From the NCBI GenBank assembly GCA_045595225.1, contig JAZOAD010000045.1, forward strand, positions 1,733-65,732: a stretch of DNA of 64,000 nucleotides. Reading direction: 5' to 3'. This document shows, piece by piece, positions 18,756-29,094 of this stretch (positions are counted from its first letter, which is position 1; each line of letters begins with the position of its first letter). Source of the DNA: Faecousia sp. (lineage in GTDB: Bacteria; Bacillota; Clostridia; Oscillospirales; Oscillospiraceae). Both the position numbers and the translations under genes were made by a program. Below the pieces are notes generated by a model. The model was not told where the DNA came from, did not search any database, and saw only the letters and a program-made list of their open reading frames with translations.

Positions 18756-21650
18756 TCACTGAATTGTGAAGTTTTGCGTAGTCACCAGCATGCCGTCGAA
18801 GTAAATCGACAGTTGATAATTGCCAGGTAAATTGGGCATGAAGGGAGCATCCAGTTGGCAAATATTTTGGCTCCAGATGGTGTTCCATTGGTATTGCAGA
18901 TGGGAAATGTCGATCAAATTTCCCTCCGCGTCTCTAAGAACATAGGTGGCCCAGGTTTCTGTTTCAGCGAGTTCCAATTCCGCGCTGCACCACACAACAA
19001 AGCCGGCGGTTTCGCCCATACTGAAGTCCGTTTTATAGGCATCCTGGGATAGTGCGCTCCAGTTCCAGTTGCCGGGTTCCGGGGTAGCGCACATAGTTAC
19101 CTGAAGCTGCTGGGCAGTGATGCCATGGCCGGAGAAGGGATCGCCCTGGGGCGCAGCAAAGGTGGCAGTATGGCCAAAAATGGCTGTGCCGTCGGCAGGA
19201 ATCAAGGAAATTTCGTAGATTCCGCCGGGAATGTAGGGAAGCTCGGCTGTGTTCTCAGCGATCTCCAATGTTTCAGGCGCCGTGCCGTCGCAGGACCAGT
19301 TGAGAAGCCAGCCGCCTTCGGGCGTTTTGCCGGTGAAATCCCATTGTAGACGCAGGGTTTCGAAGGAAAGCTGCTCAAAGCGAACCTCGGTGATATTGAT
19401 GGGATTTGCACCGATGGAAATGCTGACGCCCTGGGGCATACCCGCGGCAGTAATTTCCACGGTGCAGGGGGCTTCATGGGTCAGATCCTTGAATGTGCAT
19501 ACCAGGCTTTCGGTTGTGATGGTCTGCTCATAGCCGTTTGTGTCGTAACAGCGAACGATCCATTCCGCAATATCCTCGCCGTCGGGCTGCTCCCATGTTA
19601 CGGTCAGATAGCCATTGCCGCAGGCGGTGATTACGGGATTTTTTGCCTTGGCAATGGGACGCGCCTGATAGGTGACCTGAGTACAACCGACCACATTGCT
19701 GTCGTCCGCGGCAGAAAGGGTGAAGGTGTATTCAGCATAGGCGATCAGGTCATACACGGTAACATTGTGACCGGTAAAATTCAGACTTTGTTGGGGAATA
19801 TCGGCGGCCCAGTAGGTCAGCAGCCATTGGTTGCATTCCGCGCCGCTTACAGTAAAATTCAGGTACGCCGAGCAATCCTCGGGGCCAATGGCGACGGTAA
19901 AGCTGTCCACCTTGGTTTGGCTGGCGGTGGTGAAACTGTCGGAAGTAACGCCGGTAAGCTGATGGAAGCCGGCGATGGTTACGCGGATGGTATACCGGGT
20001 CTGGGGAGCCAGGCCGGTAAATATGGCGGTTCCGTTGGAAACCGAGGCTGTGGTCGTGTTGCCGTAAGTATCCGAGCAGGTAACCTGCAGAAGGCTCTCG
20101 TCCGCGTCTGTGGTGATTTTTACGACCAGAGAATCCATATTGCCGACAATGGAAATATCATCAATTTCCTGCAAATAAACATCGTTGTAGTAATTGTAAC
20201 CGGAGACGCCAAGGAAGATCAAGAAAGCTATCGCAAGCACAGCAATGATCAGTCGAAGGGCGGTTTTACGGCGCTTTCGGTTTTCCAGATTGTCTTCTTT
20301 CTCCGGCGCGGCAGGGGGCGTTTCGGAAATGATCGGAGGCTCGGTCTTCTGCGGCTCGTCCCGAGGCGCTTCGGGAATAGGCGCTTCCTCCGGGACTTCC
20401 TTTACGGGGTCGTCAGTCTGGGCGGGCTGCTCCGGATTTTCCTCTGCGGGAGTTTCCTCTTCCAGCACGATGGGAGCAGGCATAGGAACATGGATGGGTT
20501 CCGGCGCGATTACAGGATCCGGCGGAATCAGGGTCATCAATTCGTCGGCCTGGGCCAAAATTTGGCTGGTATCCTCGCTGAGCGCATCGGAAGCAATATC
20601 CACGGTGTCTTCCTCGGAGGGGGCGGTTTCGTCAGAAACCAGGTCCTGCATGAATTCCAGTTCGGGAATATCTTCCCACATGGCGGGATCGGAAATATCT
20701 TCCTCGGGCAGGAATTCTTCGCCGACATCCAGCTCCGGTGTGGATACGGGGGCGGGAATGATGGAACCTTCGGAAACGCCGTAGGTTTGCATGTATTGCA
20801 CCAGCGCCTGGCCGAAAGAAGTGGGATCGGGCCAACGTTTAGCCGGATCTTTGTGACAGGCGGTCAGTATGATCTGGGCGATCTCATAGTCCGCGTACAG
20901 GGGAGGCAGCAGGGGATCGGCCAGTATGTCATTTTCCATTGGCAAAACGCCGCCGTTGTACGCCTGATAAAGGATCAAACCCAGGGCATACACGTCCAAG
21001 GTTTCGTTCAACTGGGAAGAAGCGTCGATAATTTCCGGAGCGGTATAGATGCTGCGGTATTTATCGGGCAGGGAAGCGTATTTCAAAGAAGAAAGGGAAG
21101 TGATTCCAAGGTCGCCGATGCGGTAACCATGGGCTTTTTCGTAGAAAATATTGCCGGGTTTCAGGTCAATGTAAAGATATCCGGCTCTGCGGCAAGCAGC
21201 CAATGCGGAGCAAATATCCATGGCAAGATCCAAAATGTCCTGGTGGGTCATCACATTTTCGGAAAGAATCTGCTCCAGACTGTGGCGATAGGGAGCAAGC
21301 AGACTGACCTGGTAGCCATTGCGGTCGTCTTTTTCCTGGAGCTGGCAGGAAAGGAAGGGGCAGAAACCCTCCATTGTGCTCAGTTCGTTGACAATTTTGG
21401 CTTCCCGCTGGATATCCTGGGCAAGCTCGTAATAGTATTTCAACGCGGCCTCCCGGCTGCTGTAAGCGCCGCTGAGCAGCAAAGCTGCCAGCTGCACGGC
21501 GGACGCGGGCAGGCTGATGGTTTTCAGTATCAGTTTTTCATCGCTGTCTTTCCGCATGGCGGGGTAACAGACAACGCCGTTATGGCTGGTGATGGCTTCG
21601 CCTATTGAAAATTCTTCCGGAATGGAAAATGCCCGGTTCATATCCGACAA
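18756..21650 (-). CDS. Membrane Hanks-type Ser/Thr kinase-like protein with extracellular FN3-like domains
   Basis: YIDLKPGN, IGDLG, YTAPE, DVYALG; Pro/Glu linker; one TM; FTGLAPQTRYTIRV-type FN3 motifs; start uncertain (21650 or 21641). Confidence 0.8.
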   Translation of the reverse strand: MSDMNRAFSIPEEFSIGEAITSHNGVVCYPAMRKDSDEKLILKTISLPASAVQLAALLLSGAYSSREAALKYYYELAQDIQREAKIVNELSTMEGFCPFLSCQLQEKDDRNGYQVSLLAPYRHSLEQILSENVMTHQDILDLAMDICSALAACRRAGYLYIDLKPGNIFYEKAHGYRIGDLGITSLSSLKYASLPDKYRSIYTAPEIIDASSQLNETLDVYALGLILYQAYNGGVLPMENDILADPLLPPLYADYEIAQIILTACHKDPAKRWPDPTSFGQALVQYMQTYGVSEGSIIPAPVSTPELDVGEEFLPEEDISDPAMWEDIPELEFMQDLVSDETAPSEEDTVDIASDALSEDTSQILAQADELMTLIPPDPVIAPEPIHVPMPAPIVLEEETPAEENPEQPAQTDDPVKEVPEEAPIPEAPRDEPQKTEPPIISETPPAAPEKEDNLENRKRRKTALRLIIAVLAIAFLIFLGVSGYNYYNDVYLQEIDDISIVGNMDSLVVKITTDADESLLQVTCSDTYGNTTTASVSNGTAIFTGLAPQTRYTIRVTIAGFHQLTGVTSDSFTTASQTKVDSFTVAIGPEDCSAYLNFTVSGAECNQWLLTYWAADIPQQSLNFTGHNVTVYDLIAYAEYTFTLSAADDSNVVGCTQVTYQARPIAKAKNPVITACGNGYLTVTWEQPDGEDIAEWIVRCYDTNGYEQTITTESLVCTFKDLTHEAPCTVEITAAGMPQGVSISIGANPINITEVRFEQLSFETLRLQWDFTGKTPEGGWLLNWSCDGTAPETLEIAENTAELPYIPGGIYEISLIPADGTAIFGHTATFAAPQGDPFSGHGITAQQLQVTMCATPEPGNWNWSALSQDAYKTDFSMGETAGFVVWCSAELELAETETWATYVLRDAEGNLIDISHLQYQWNTIWSQNICQLDAPFMPNLPGNYQLSIYFDGMLVTTQNFTIQ

Positions 21651-21891
21651 AGTTCATCGCCTCCTATTCGTACATATTTCTGTTATCATAATTTATTTTT
21701 TTGTAAAATGCAACTGATTTATGTCAAAATCCCTGTGGCAAAGTAAAATTCCGTATTTTCAAAGGGGAATACCCAATGAAAATAAAATGTAAATTTACAT
21801 AAAATTTTGTAATTGGTAGTTGTTTTCTTTCTTCCGAAATGTTATAATGAAAAAAACATGATGCGAAATTTGCATCGGAACGGAGGTTACT

Positions 21892-23205
21892 ATGAGTAAA
21901 GTGGTTTGTGATATCTGCGGCACTGCATTTGCCGATACCGCCAATCAGTGTCCCATCTGCGGCACTGCCAAAAGTGAAGCGACCCGTCCTTCCGGGGCTG
22001 CGGAGGATGGCGCTTCCGGCTACGCTTATGTAAGAGGTGGCCGATTCTCCCAGTCCAATGTTCGCAAGCATAACAGCGGTAAGAAGGAACTGCCCCGCAC
22101 CACCGAGCCTGCCAAGCCCCAAAGACCTGTTTCCGAGGATCCTCCCAAGGAAAAACGCCAGCCAAAAGAGAAAGCGCCCCGGCCGGAAGAACCGGAAAAT
22201 GAACAGCCTTCCAACATTGGTTTGATCGTTGTTGTGGTGGTTCTGCTGTTGGCTATCATTTCTCTGTGCGCCTATATCGCGGTGCGGTATATCGAGATCA
22301 ACGATGGCAGAAATACCACCGGCAGCACCAATTCCTCCAGCAGCACTCCCTTCCAGGAGATTCCCTGCACCGGCGTTACCATTGAAGGCGTAAGCGTGCA
22401 TACTTTCAACAATATGACCGACCAGCTGCTTCTGAGCGTTTCCTGCCAGCCCACCGACACCACTGATATGCTGACATGGAACTATGACAGCACCATTGTC
22501 AAGGTGACACAGAACGGCGCTCAGTGGATCGTTACCCCCGTTGGTCCCGGCGAAACCGTGATCACTGTCAGCTGCGGTCAGTATTCTGACACGCTGGCCA
22601 TTACTTCCAATGCTCAGCCTGAGACGCAGCCTACCGATCCTACCACGCAGCCCACAGATCCCACCGATCCGGAGTTTGTGCTGGAGCTGAACCGGGAAGA
22701 CTTTACCATGAACAGCTACGGCGAAAAGCATAACCTGTATAACGGCACTCTGGATGCCAGCGAAATCACCTGGTACAGTGATGACGAATCGGTCTGCACC
22801 ATCGAAAACGGTGTGGTTACCGCTGTCGGTCAGGGCACCACCAAGGTCTATGGCGCCTATGGCGATCAGATCGTCAGCTGTATCGTTCGCTGCTCTAGCA
22901 CCGTTGTGGAGCCTGAAGAAGGCGATTATTATCTGGCGCAGCAGTATAATACCGGTATTGCCGCCACAGATGTTACCATCAGCGTTGGCGAAAAACTGAG
23001 CTTCTCCATCAGAGCAAAGGATGGTACCAAAATTACCGAGGGCGTTACCTACTATGTTTCCGAGGAAGGCTATTTCACGGTGAATGAAAATGGTACTGTT
23101 ACCGGCGTCGCCTCCACGGTTGGTACCGGCAAGGTTATCTACCTTTGCGCTGAGTATGAGGGCGTTGTGTACAAGTGTAAGGTTCGCGTAAGAAACCCCG
23201 GATAA
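21892..23205 (+). CDS. Zinc-ribbon / TM / Ig-like (Big_2-like) membrane protein
   Basis: CDICG...CPICG; one TM; W.S.D..V..I.NGVVTAVG.G.T repeats; GGAGG RBS. Confidence 0.78.
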   Translation: MSKVVCDICGTAFADTANQCPICGTAKSEATRPSGAAEDGASGYAYVRGGRFSQSNVRKHNSGKKELPRTTEPAKPQRPVSEDPPKEKRQPKEKAPRPEEPENEQPSNIGLIVVVVVLLLAIISLCAYIAVRYIEINDGRNTTGSTNSSSSTPFQEIPCTGVTIEGVSVHTFNNMTDQLLLSVSCQPTDTTDMLTWNYDSTIVKVTQNGAQWIVTPVGPGETVITVSCGQYSDTLAITSNAQPETQPTDPTTQPTDPTDPEFVLELNREDFTMNSYGEKHNLYNGTLDASEITWYSDDESVCTIENGVVTAVGQGTTKVYGAYGDQIVSCIVRCSSTVVEPEEGDYYLAQQYNTGIAATDVTISVGEKLSFSIRAKDGTKITEGVTYYVSEEGYFTVNENGTVTGVASTVGTGKVIYLCAEYEGVVYKCKVRVRNPG

Positions 23206-23214
23206 ATAAGGAAT

Positions 23215-23245
23215 ATACGGCAGTCGGATCATCCGGCTGCCGTAT
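23215..23245. terminator. Bidirectional terminator hairpin
   Basis: ATACGGCAGTCGGAT/ATCCGGCTGCCGTAT. Confidence 0.65.
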
Positions 23246-23248
23246 TTG

Positions 23249-23455
23249 TTATTGCTCGTCCATGCAGCACAGACGGCTTCTGCGGAAAAAGAAGCTGACG
23301 CACCAGAGCCCGGCCACGGCGATCACAGTATAAAGCGCCCGGCTTACAAAGCTTCCGGAGCCGAACAGCCATGCTACCAGATCAAAGTTGAAAATGCCCA
23401 CAAGTCCCCAGTTGAGGGTGCCGACGATGCTTAAGATCAGCGCCAAAATGTCCAT
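23249..23455 (-). CDS. DUF378 family small membrane protein
   Basis: IVGTLNWGLVGIFNFDLVAWLFG...SRALY; GGAGG RBS. Confidence 0.88.
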   Translation of the reverse strand: MDILALILSIVGTLNWGLVGIFNFDLVAWLFGSGSFVSRALYTVIAVAGLWCVSFFFRRSRLCCMDEQ

Positions 23456-23602
23456 AAATGATTAACCTCCTTGCATTTGCTGGAATATTTGTAGAATTCC
23501 CACAAATTTGAGAACTATACTTCTGCATTGACCTTTTTTTGTTTTATGATATAATAACTTGGATAAACCCCAAAAAACATAACGAGAAAGGTGTACACAT
23601 TT

Positions 23603-24841
23603 ATGAAGATCTTTGGTTCCACCGATATTTTGATGCCCGCTTCCGCGGATATGCACCGCTGGGCGGTCATTGCTTGTGACCAGTTCACCTCTGATACGGC
23701 TTATTGGCAGAGAGTGGCCGACACGGTTGGCAGCAGTGAATCCACCCTGCACATGATCCTGCCCGAGGCGCATTTGGGCAGCGCCGATGAGGCTGCTATC
23801 GTTAAAGAAATCAACGCCACCATGGACCGGTATCTTGCCGGCAATGTGTTTACCACTTATGCCAATTCCTACATTTATGTTGAGCGTACTCTGCTCAACG
23901 GCTCCGTTCGTCCCGGCCTGATCGGCGCTGTGGATCTGGAGGAGTACAATTACAATCCCGGCTCGGTTTCCGCTATCCGCGCCACGGAAAAGACGGTTCT
24001 GGAGCGCATTCCGCCCCGTCAGCGTGTCCGTAAGGATGCCGGCATTGAGTTCCCTCATGTTCTGATGCTTTGCGACGACGATCAGAAGCAGCTGATCGAG
24101 CCCATTGCCGCCGTGAAGAACCAGCTGCCCCTGCTGTATGATTTCGATTTGATGGAGGGCGGCGGCCATATTTCCGGCTGGCTGGTGCAGGGTCAGGTCG
24201 CTGCTGACTTCGATGCCCGTCTGGAAGCCTATGTTGCTTCTGTTCCCGCCAAGTATGCTGACCTGCAGGGCGCTCCTGTGACCCTGGCTGTTGGCGACGG
24301 CAACCACTCTCTGGCTACCGCAAAGAGCTGCTATGAGGCGCTGAAGGCCGCCAATCCCGGTGTGGACCTCAGCAACCATCCTGCCCGCTTCGCTCTGGTT
24401 GAGCTGGAGAACATTCATGATGATTCTCAGGTCTTTGAACCCATCCACCGCATTCTGTTTGATGTGGACGGCAAGAAGCTACTGAAGGATCTGGAAGCTG
24501 TTTGCGCGGCTGACGGTTTTGCTGTAGAGTATGTGATGGGCGCTGAGCGTGGCACAGTGTACCTGGATAAGGCCAAGGGCGAGCTGGCTGTTGCCATTTT
24601 GCAGGAGTTCCTGGATAAGTGGATGCAGGACAACAAGTGTGAGATCGACTACATCCATGGCGATGATGTGGTAGCGGAACTGGCCCAGAAGGAAAACGCT
24701 GTTGGCTTCCTGCTGCCCGGCATGGAGAAGCACCAGCTGTTCCGCGGTGTTATTTCCGGTGGTGTTCTGCCCAGAAAGACCTTCTCCATGGGTCATGACC
24801 GCGAAAAGAGATACTATCTGGAAGGCAGAAAGATTAAATGA
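23603..24841 (+). CDS. DUF1015 family protein
   Basis: WAVIACDQFTS, IRATE.T..ERIPPR, AVGDGNHSLATAK, LPRKTFSMG. Confidence 0.85.
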   Translation: MKIFGSTDILMPASADMHRWAVIACDQFTSDTAYWQRVADTVGSSESTLHMILPEAHLGSADEAAIVKEINATMDRYLAGNVFTTYANSYIYVERTLLNGSVRPGLIGAVDLEEYNYNPGSVSAIRATEKTVLERIPPRQRVRKDAGIEFPHVLMLCDDDQKQLIEPIAAVKNQLPLLYDFDLMEGGGHISGWLVQGQVAADFDARLEAYVASVPAKYADLQGAPVTLAVGDGNHSLATAKSCYEALKAANPGVDLSNHPARFALVELENIHDDSQVFEPIHRILFDVDGKKLLKDLEAVCAADGFAVEYVMGAERGTVYLDKAKGELAVAILQEFLDKWMQDNKCEIDYIHGDDVVAELAQKENAVGFLLPGMEKHQLFRGVISGGVLPRKTFSMGHDREKRYYLEGRKIK

Positions 24842-25695
24842 TTACTCTGTATGAAGGCGCGTTCGCCAAAGTAAATTTGACGCTGGATGTTTTGGACAAG
24901 CGGCCAGACGGTTATCACGATATCAAGTCTGTGATGCAGACCATTTCTCTACGGGACGATATTGAGATTGACCTTGGCACCGGAAAACCCTGGAATCTTA
25001 TGTGCAGCGTCGATAGCATTCCCACCGATGAAAGCAATCTGGCATGGAAAGCTGCCAGGCTGTATTTCGACACCATCGGCAAAGATCCGGACGGTCTTGA
25101 GATCCGCATTGTCAAGCGTATTCCTGTGGAAGCAGGCCTGGGCGGCGGCAGCGCGGATGCGGCCGCAGTACTGCGCGCGCTGAATAAGCATTATGATTCG
25201 CCCCTTTCTCTACCCGCGTTGGCGGAGCTTGGTTCCCAGATCGGCAGCGATGTGCCCTTCTGCGTCCTCTGCGGTACTGCTGTGGTAGAAGGTAAGGGAG
25301 ATCGCATCCGGAAACTGCCAGATATGCCGGAGTGCATTTTTGTGGTGTGCAAGCCGGACTTTTCCGTTTCTACGCCGGAGCTGTACGCAACCATTGATGA
25401 GAAGGCCATTGCCAACCGTCCCAATCATCAGGCTATGGAAACTGCCATGCTCAGCGGCGACCTGTTGCAGGTGGTCAATCATATTTGCAATGTGTTTGAT
25501 CCCATTGTGACGGCTGAGCATCTGGAGCTGAATTACATCAAGTCTGTCATGAACAGCTATGATGGTGTGGGTATGCAAATGACCGGCTCCGGTTCCGCGG
25601 TGTTCTGCATCGTGAAGGAGTTTGAGGCTGCCGCTGTTATCTGCAATATGCTGAAGGAAAACTATCCCCGGGTATATATTGGCATGCCTGTGTAA
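24838..25695 (+). CDS. ispE: 4-diphosphocytidyl-2-C-methyl-D-erythritol kinase
   Basis: AKVNLTLDV, DGYH, KRIPVEAGLGGGSADAAA, GSDVPF, MTGSG. Confidence 0.95.
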   Translation: MITLYEGAFAKVNLTLDVLDKRPDGYHDIKSVMQTISLRDDIEIDLGTGKPWNLMCSVDSIPTDESNLAWKAARLYFDTIGKDPDGLEIRIVKRIPVEAGLGGGSADAAAVLRALNKHYDSPLSLPALAELGSQIGSDVPFCVLCGTAVVEGKGDRIRKLPDMPECIFVVCKPDFSVSTPELYATIDEKAIANRPNHQAMETAMLSGDLLQVVNHICNVFDPIVTAEHLELNYIKSVMNSYDGVGMQMTGSGSAVFCIVKEFEAAAVICNMLKENYPRVYIGMPV

Positions 25696-25704
25696 AAACA
25701 AATG

Positions 25705-25746
25705 AAACCGCCTGCGCTGACAAATGGTCGGCACGGGCGGTTTTTG
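25705..25746 (+). terminator. Intrinsic terminator after ispE
   Basis: AAACCGCCTGCGCTGAC/GTCGGCACGGGCGGTTTTTT. Confidence 0.65.
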
Positions 25747-25833
25747 CTGAAATGTGTTTGATATATTTGTATTTTTCTTTTCTCTGTGCTATAATTGTAT
25801 CAAGAGTACCAGTAATCGAGAGGTGGCGAGAGA

Positions 25834-28800
25834 ATGCTGACTTTAATCATTGGAGCCGATTGGACAGCCAATCGGGATGAGATTTTACATCGAATTGCCG
25901 AGGATGTGCGGAATGAAAGGCCAGGCGGAATTTTGCTTGTGCCGGAACTGATCAGCCATGATATGGAACGGCGGCTTGCATCTGTCGCCGGAGATACCTC
26001 CAGCCGTTTTTCCCAGGTGCTCAGCTTCAGCCGTTTGGCCAGGCGTGTATGTGAGATCGTTGGCAACGCGGCGGAAGAGTGCCTGGATAACGGCGGACGG
26101 GTGGTCGCTATGGCTTCCGCTGTGCAGCAGCTTTCCAGCAGGCTGAAGGCGTATGCTTCCGTGGAAACGAAACCGGAATTTTTGATGGAATTGGTGGATG
26201 CGGTGGATGAATTTAAGCGCTGCTGCATTTCTTCCGGGGATCTGCGGTCCGCATCCATGCAAACAGAGGGAAGTCTGGCACAGAAGTTGGAAGAATTATC
26301 TGTCATCATGGAGGCTTACGATAGCCTTTGCGCCCGGGGCAAACGGGACCCCAGAGATCAGATGACCTGGGTTTTGGAGCAATTGGAAGAAATTGATTTT
26401 GGAGAAAAACACATATTTTATGTGGATGGATTTCCCGATTTTACCCGCCAGCATATGGCTATTTTGGAACATTTGATTCGTGTTTCTGATCATGTGACAG
26501 TCAGCTTGAACTGTGACAAGGTAGATTCGGAAGAAATGGCCTTTGAAAAAGCCGCTTCCACAGCCAGAGAACTGATCCGCATCGCGTCCAAAGCCGGTGT
26601 ATGCGTCCAAACGGAAGTGGTTGCAGGGAAGGATTCTTCTTTGAATGGCGTATGCGCCGGTTTGTTCCAGGGTAGTCTGACAGGCTGTCACGGCTTGGAT
26701 GAGCATTTGGAGTTGGTGTGCGCAGACTCTGTATACGACGAGTGCCAGGCCGTTGCCGAGCAGATCCTTTCCATGGTCACTATGGGCGCGCGATACAGAG
26801 ATTTCGCCTTGGTTTGCGCGGATATGGAAGGCTATCGCCGTGTCATGCAATTGGTGTTCCGTAAATGCGGTATTCCGCTGTATATCTCCGGAACGGAGGA
26901 TGTGGCTCTGTCCGGCGTGATCTCCACAGTTCTGCTTGCGCTGGAAGCTGCCATGGGTGGCCTGGAACAGCAGGATGTTTTGCGTTATTTGCGAAGCGAG
27001 CTTTCTCCTCTGGAGGCGGATCTTTGTGACCAAGTGGAAAACTACGCTGTGATTTGGGGCATTTCCGGGAAAGACTGGGCTGAGGAATGGACCATGCATC
27101 CCGATGGCCTGAGTGGAATGTGGAACAGCATTTCCAGGCAGCAGCTTTCAGAATTGAATGATGCAAGGCGCGTGGCAATTATACCGATGCTACAGCTGCG
27201 GCAGCAGCTTCACGACGCAAGCAATCTTGGAGAGCATGTAACCGCCCTCTATGATTTCCTGGAAAACACGGGTTTCGCTGATCGTTTGGGTGCCTACGCG
27301 GATGCTATGGAAACGGATGGTAACCCCAGAGAGGCGCAGATCCTCAATCAGTTGTGGGATATCCTGCTGTCCGCGCTGGAGCAGCTTCACGCGGTACTGG
27401 GAGAAACGGCATGGGAGGGCGATACATTTGCCCGATTGCTGAAATTACTTCTTGGACAGTATACCGTTGGTACCATTCCAACGGTTTTGGACGCGGTGAT
27501 GATGGGTCCTGTCAGCGCTATGCGTTGTCAGCAGGAAAAATATCTGTTTGTGCTTGGAGCAGATGAAGGCAAGCTGCCTGGCTATGGCGGCTCCGCCGGT
27601 GTACTGACGGACCAGGAACGGACCCAATTGCGAGATTTGGGTGTGCCCCTGACCGGTGGCGCAGTGGAAGGCTTGCAGGCAGAATTTGCGGAGATTTACG
27701 GGGTGTTTTGCGGCGCGGAGGAGAAAATCGTTGTTTCCTATTGCGGGAGCCAGCCGTCGTATATTTTTCGCAGGCTCTCCGAAATGACCGGTTCCGTTCG
27801 GACTGCAAAACCGGGCCCTGTCAGCGCCCTGGCTGTTCCGGACGCCGCAGGCGCGCTTTTGGCGAAATGGGGAGCTTACCGGCAGGCTGCGGAATTGGGT
27901 GTTTTGGAGGCCTATCAAAGGACGAAGGAACGGGGAAGCTATTGCCTCGGCAATGTGAATCCTCGAAATGTGGAACAATTAATGGGAAAACGACTAACAC
28001 TATCCGCGTCCCAGATCGACCGCTATGCAGAGTGCCGCCTTTCCTATTTTTTGAAGTATGGCTTGCGGGCCAGAGAACGGAAGGAAGCAACAGTGGATCC
28101 GGCGGAGTTTGGTACCTATGTCCATGCGGTTTTGGAAAAAACCGGCGCCGAAGTGATGGCGCTGGGCGGTTTCCATGCGGTGTCTCTGGAAGATACCTTA
28201 TCCATAGCCCAAAAGCATTCCAAGGCCTACGCCGCGGAGCGGTTTGAGGCGCTTAGTTCCCAGCGGATGGAATATTTGTTCCGCAGGAATATGGAAGAAT
28301 TGGAAATGGTGGTCCGGGAGTTGTGGCGGGAATTGAGCAGGGCGGAATATCTGCCCCATGCCTTTGAAATGAACTTTTCCCAGGACGGGCAGATGCCGGC
28401 GGTGGAGATCAAAGGTCATTTGATGGAAGCCCAGCTGCGAGGTATGGTTGACCGTGTAGACTGCTGGAAACGGGGTGAAAGCACCTATTTCCGGGTGGTG
28501 GATTATAAAACAGGCAAAAAGGACTTCGATTATTGCGATGTTTTCAATGGCGTTGGGCTGCAGATGCTACTGTATCTGTTTGCTTTGGAGGATGCCGGCC
28601 AGTCTGTACTGCCCGGAAAACGCATCAGCGCGGGCGTGCAGTACTTCCCGGCGCGGGCGCCCTATATAACAACCGACGGCAATTTGTCGGAAGAGGAAGC
28701 GGATGCCCAGCGATTGAAGCAATGGAAGCGTAAGGGCTTGCTTTTGTGGGACGAGGCTTCGCTGGAAGCGATGGATCCGTCGGACGGGATGGACATTCTT

Positions 28801-29094
28801 TGCTGCAGCAGAAAGAAGGATGGCAGCCTCTCCGGTGACCTGGCAGACAGGCAGCAGCTTGGTATACTGAAAAAATACCTGCAAACCTTGCTAGGGGATA
28901 TGGTGGACGAGATCGCCTCGGGAAAAATAGATCCCAATCCCTACACCCGGGGAACCAGCCATAATGCTTGTACATTCTGCCCCTATGGTGCCATCTGTCA
29001 TAAAGAAACCGTGGCAGGAAGAAGGAACTATCAAGCGGTGACGGCCCAGCGGTTCTGGGAGGATATTGGTAAGGAGGTGGGCGAGAATGGCTGA
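25834..29094 (+). CDS. addB: AddB/RexB helicase-nuclease subunit
   Basis: LVPE..S...ER, SFSRLA, DGF.DFT, LSASQI..Y..C, RG.VDRVD, VDYKTG, C-terminal CTFCPYGAIC. Confidence 0.88.
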   Translation: MLTLIIGADWTANRDEILHRIAEDVRNERPGGILLVPELISHDMERRLASVAGDTSSRFSQVLSFSRLARRVCEIVGNAAEECLDNGGRVVAMASAVQQLSSRLKAYASVETKPEFLMELVDAVDEFKRCCISSGDLRSASMQTEGSLAQKLEELSVIMEAYDSLCARGKRDPRDQMTWVLEQLEEIDFGEKHIFYVDGFPDFTRQHMAILEHLIRVSDHVTVSLNCDKVDSEEMAFEKAASTARELIRIASKAGVCVQTEVVAGKDSSLNGVCAGLFQGSLTGCHGLDEHLELVCADSVYDECQAVAEQILSMVTMGARYRDFALVCADMEGYRRVMQLVFRKCGIPLYISGTEDVALSGVISTVLLALEAAMGGLEQQDVLRYLRSELSPLEADLCDQVENYAVIWGISGKDWAEEWTMHPDGLSGMWNSISRQQLSELNDARRVAIIPMLQLRQQLHDASNLGEHVTALYDFLENTGFADRLGAYADAMETDGNPREAQILNQLWDILLSALEQLHAVLGETAWEGDTFARLLKLLLGQYTVGTIPTVLDAVMMGPVSAMRCQQEKYLFVLGADEGKLPGYGGSAGVLTDQERTQLRDLGVPLTGGAVEGLQAEFAEIYGVFCGAEEKIVVSYCGSQPSYIFRRLSEMTGSVRTAKPGPVSALAVPDAAGALLAKWGAYRQAAELGVLEAYQRTKERGSYCLGNVNPRNVEQLMGKRLTLSASQIDRYAECRLSYFLKYGLRARERKEATVDPAEFGTYVHAVLEKTGAEVMALGGFHAVSLEDTLSIAQKHSKAYAAERFEALSSQRMEYLFRRNMEELEMVVRELWRELSRAEYLPHAFEMNFSQDGQMPAVEIKGHLMEAQLRGMVDRVDCWKRGESTYFRVVDYKTGKKDFDYCDVFNGVGLQMLLYLFALEDAGQSVLPGKRISAGVQYFPARAPYITTDGNLSEEEADAQRLKQWKRKGLLLWDEASLEAMDPSDGMDILCCSRKKDGSLSGDLADRQQLGILKKYLQTLLGDMVDEIASGKIDPNPYTRGTSHNACTFCPYGAICHKETVAGRRNYQAVTAQRFWEDIGKEVGENG

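Noticed and set aside
19476-23232. 710-aa and 502-aa ORFs antisense to the kinase and zinc-ribbon genes
   Set aside because: Shadow ORFs; the motif-bearing frames are on the opposite strands
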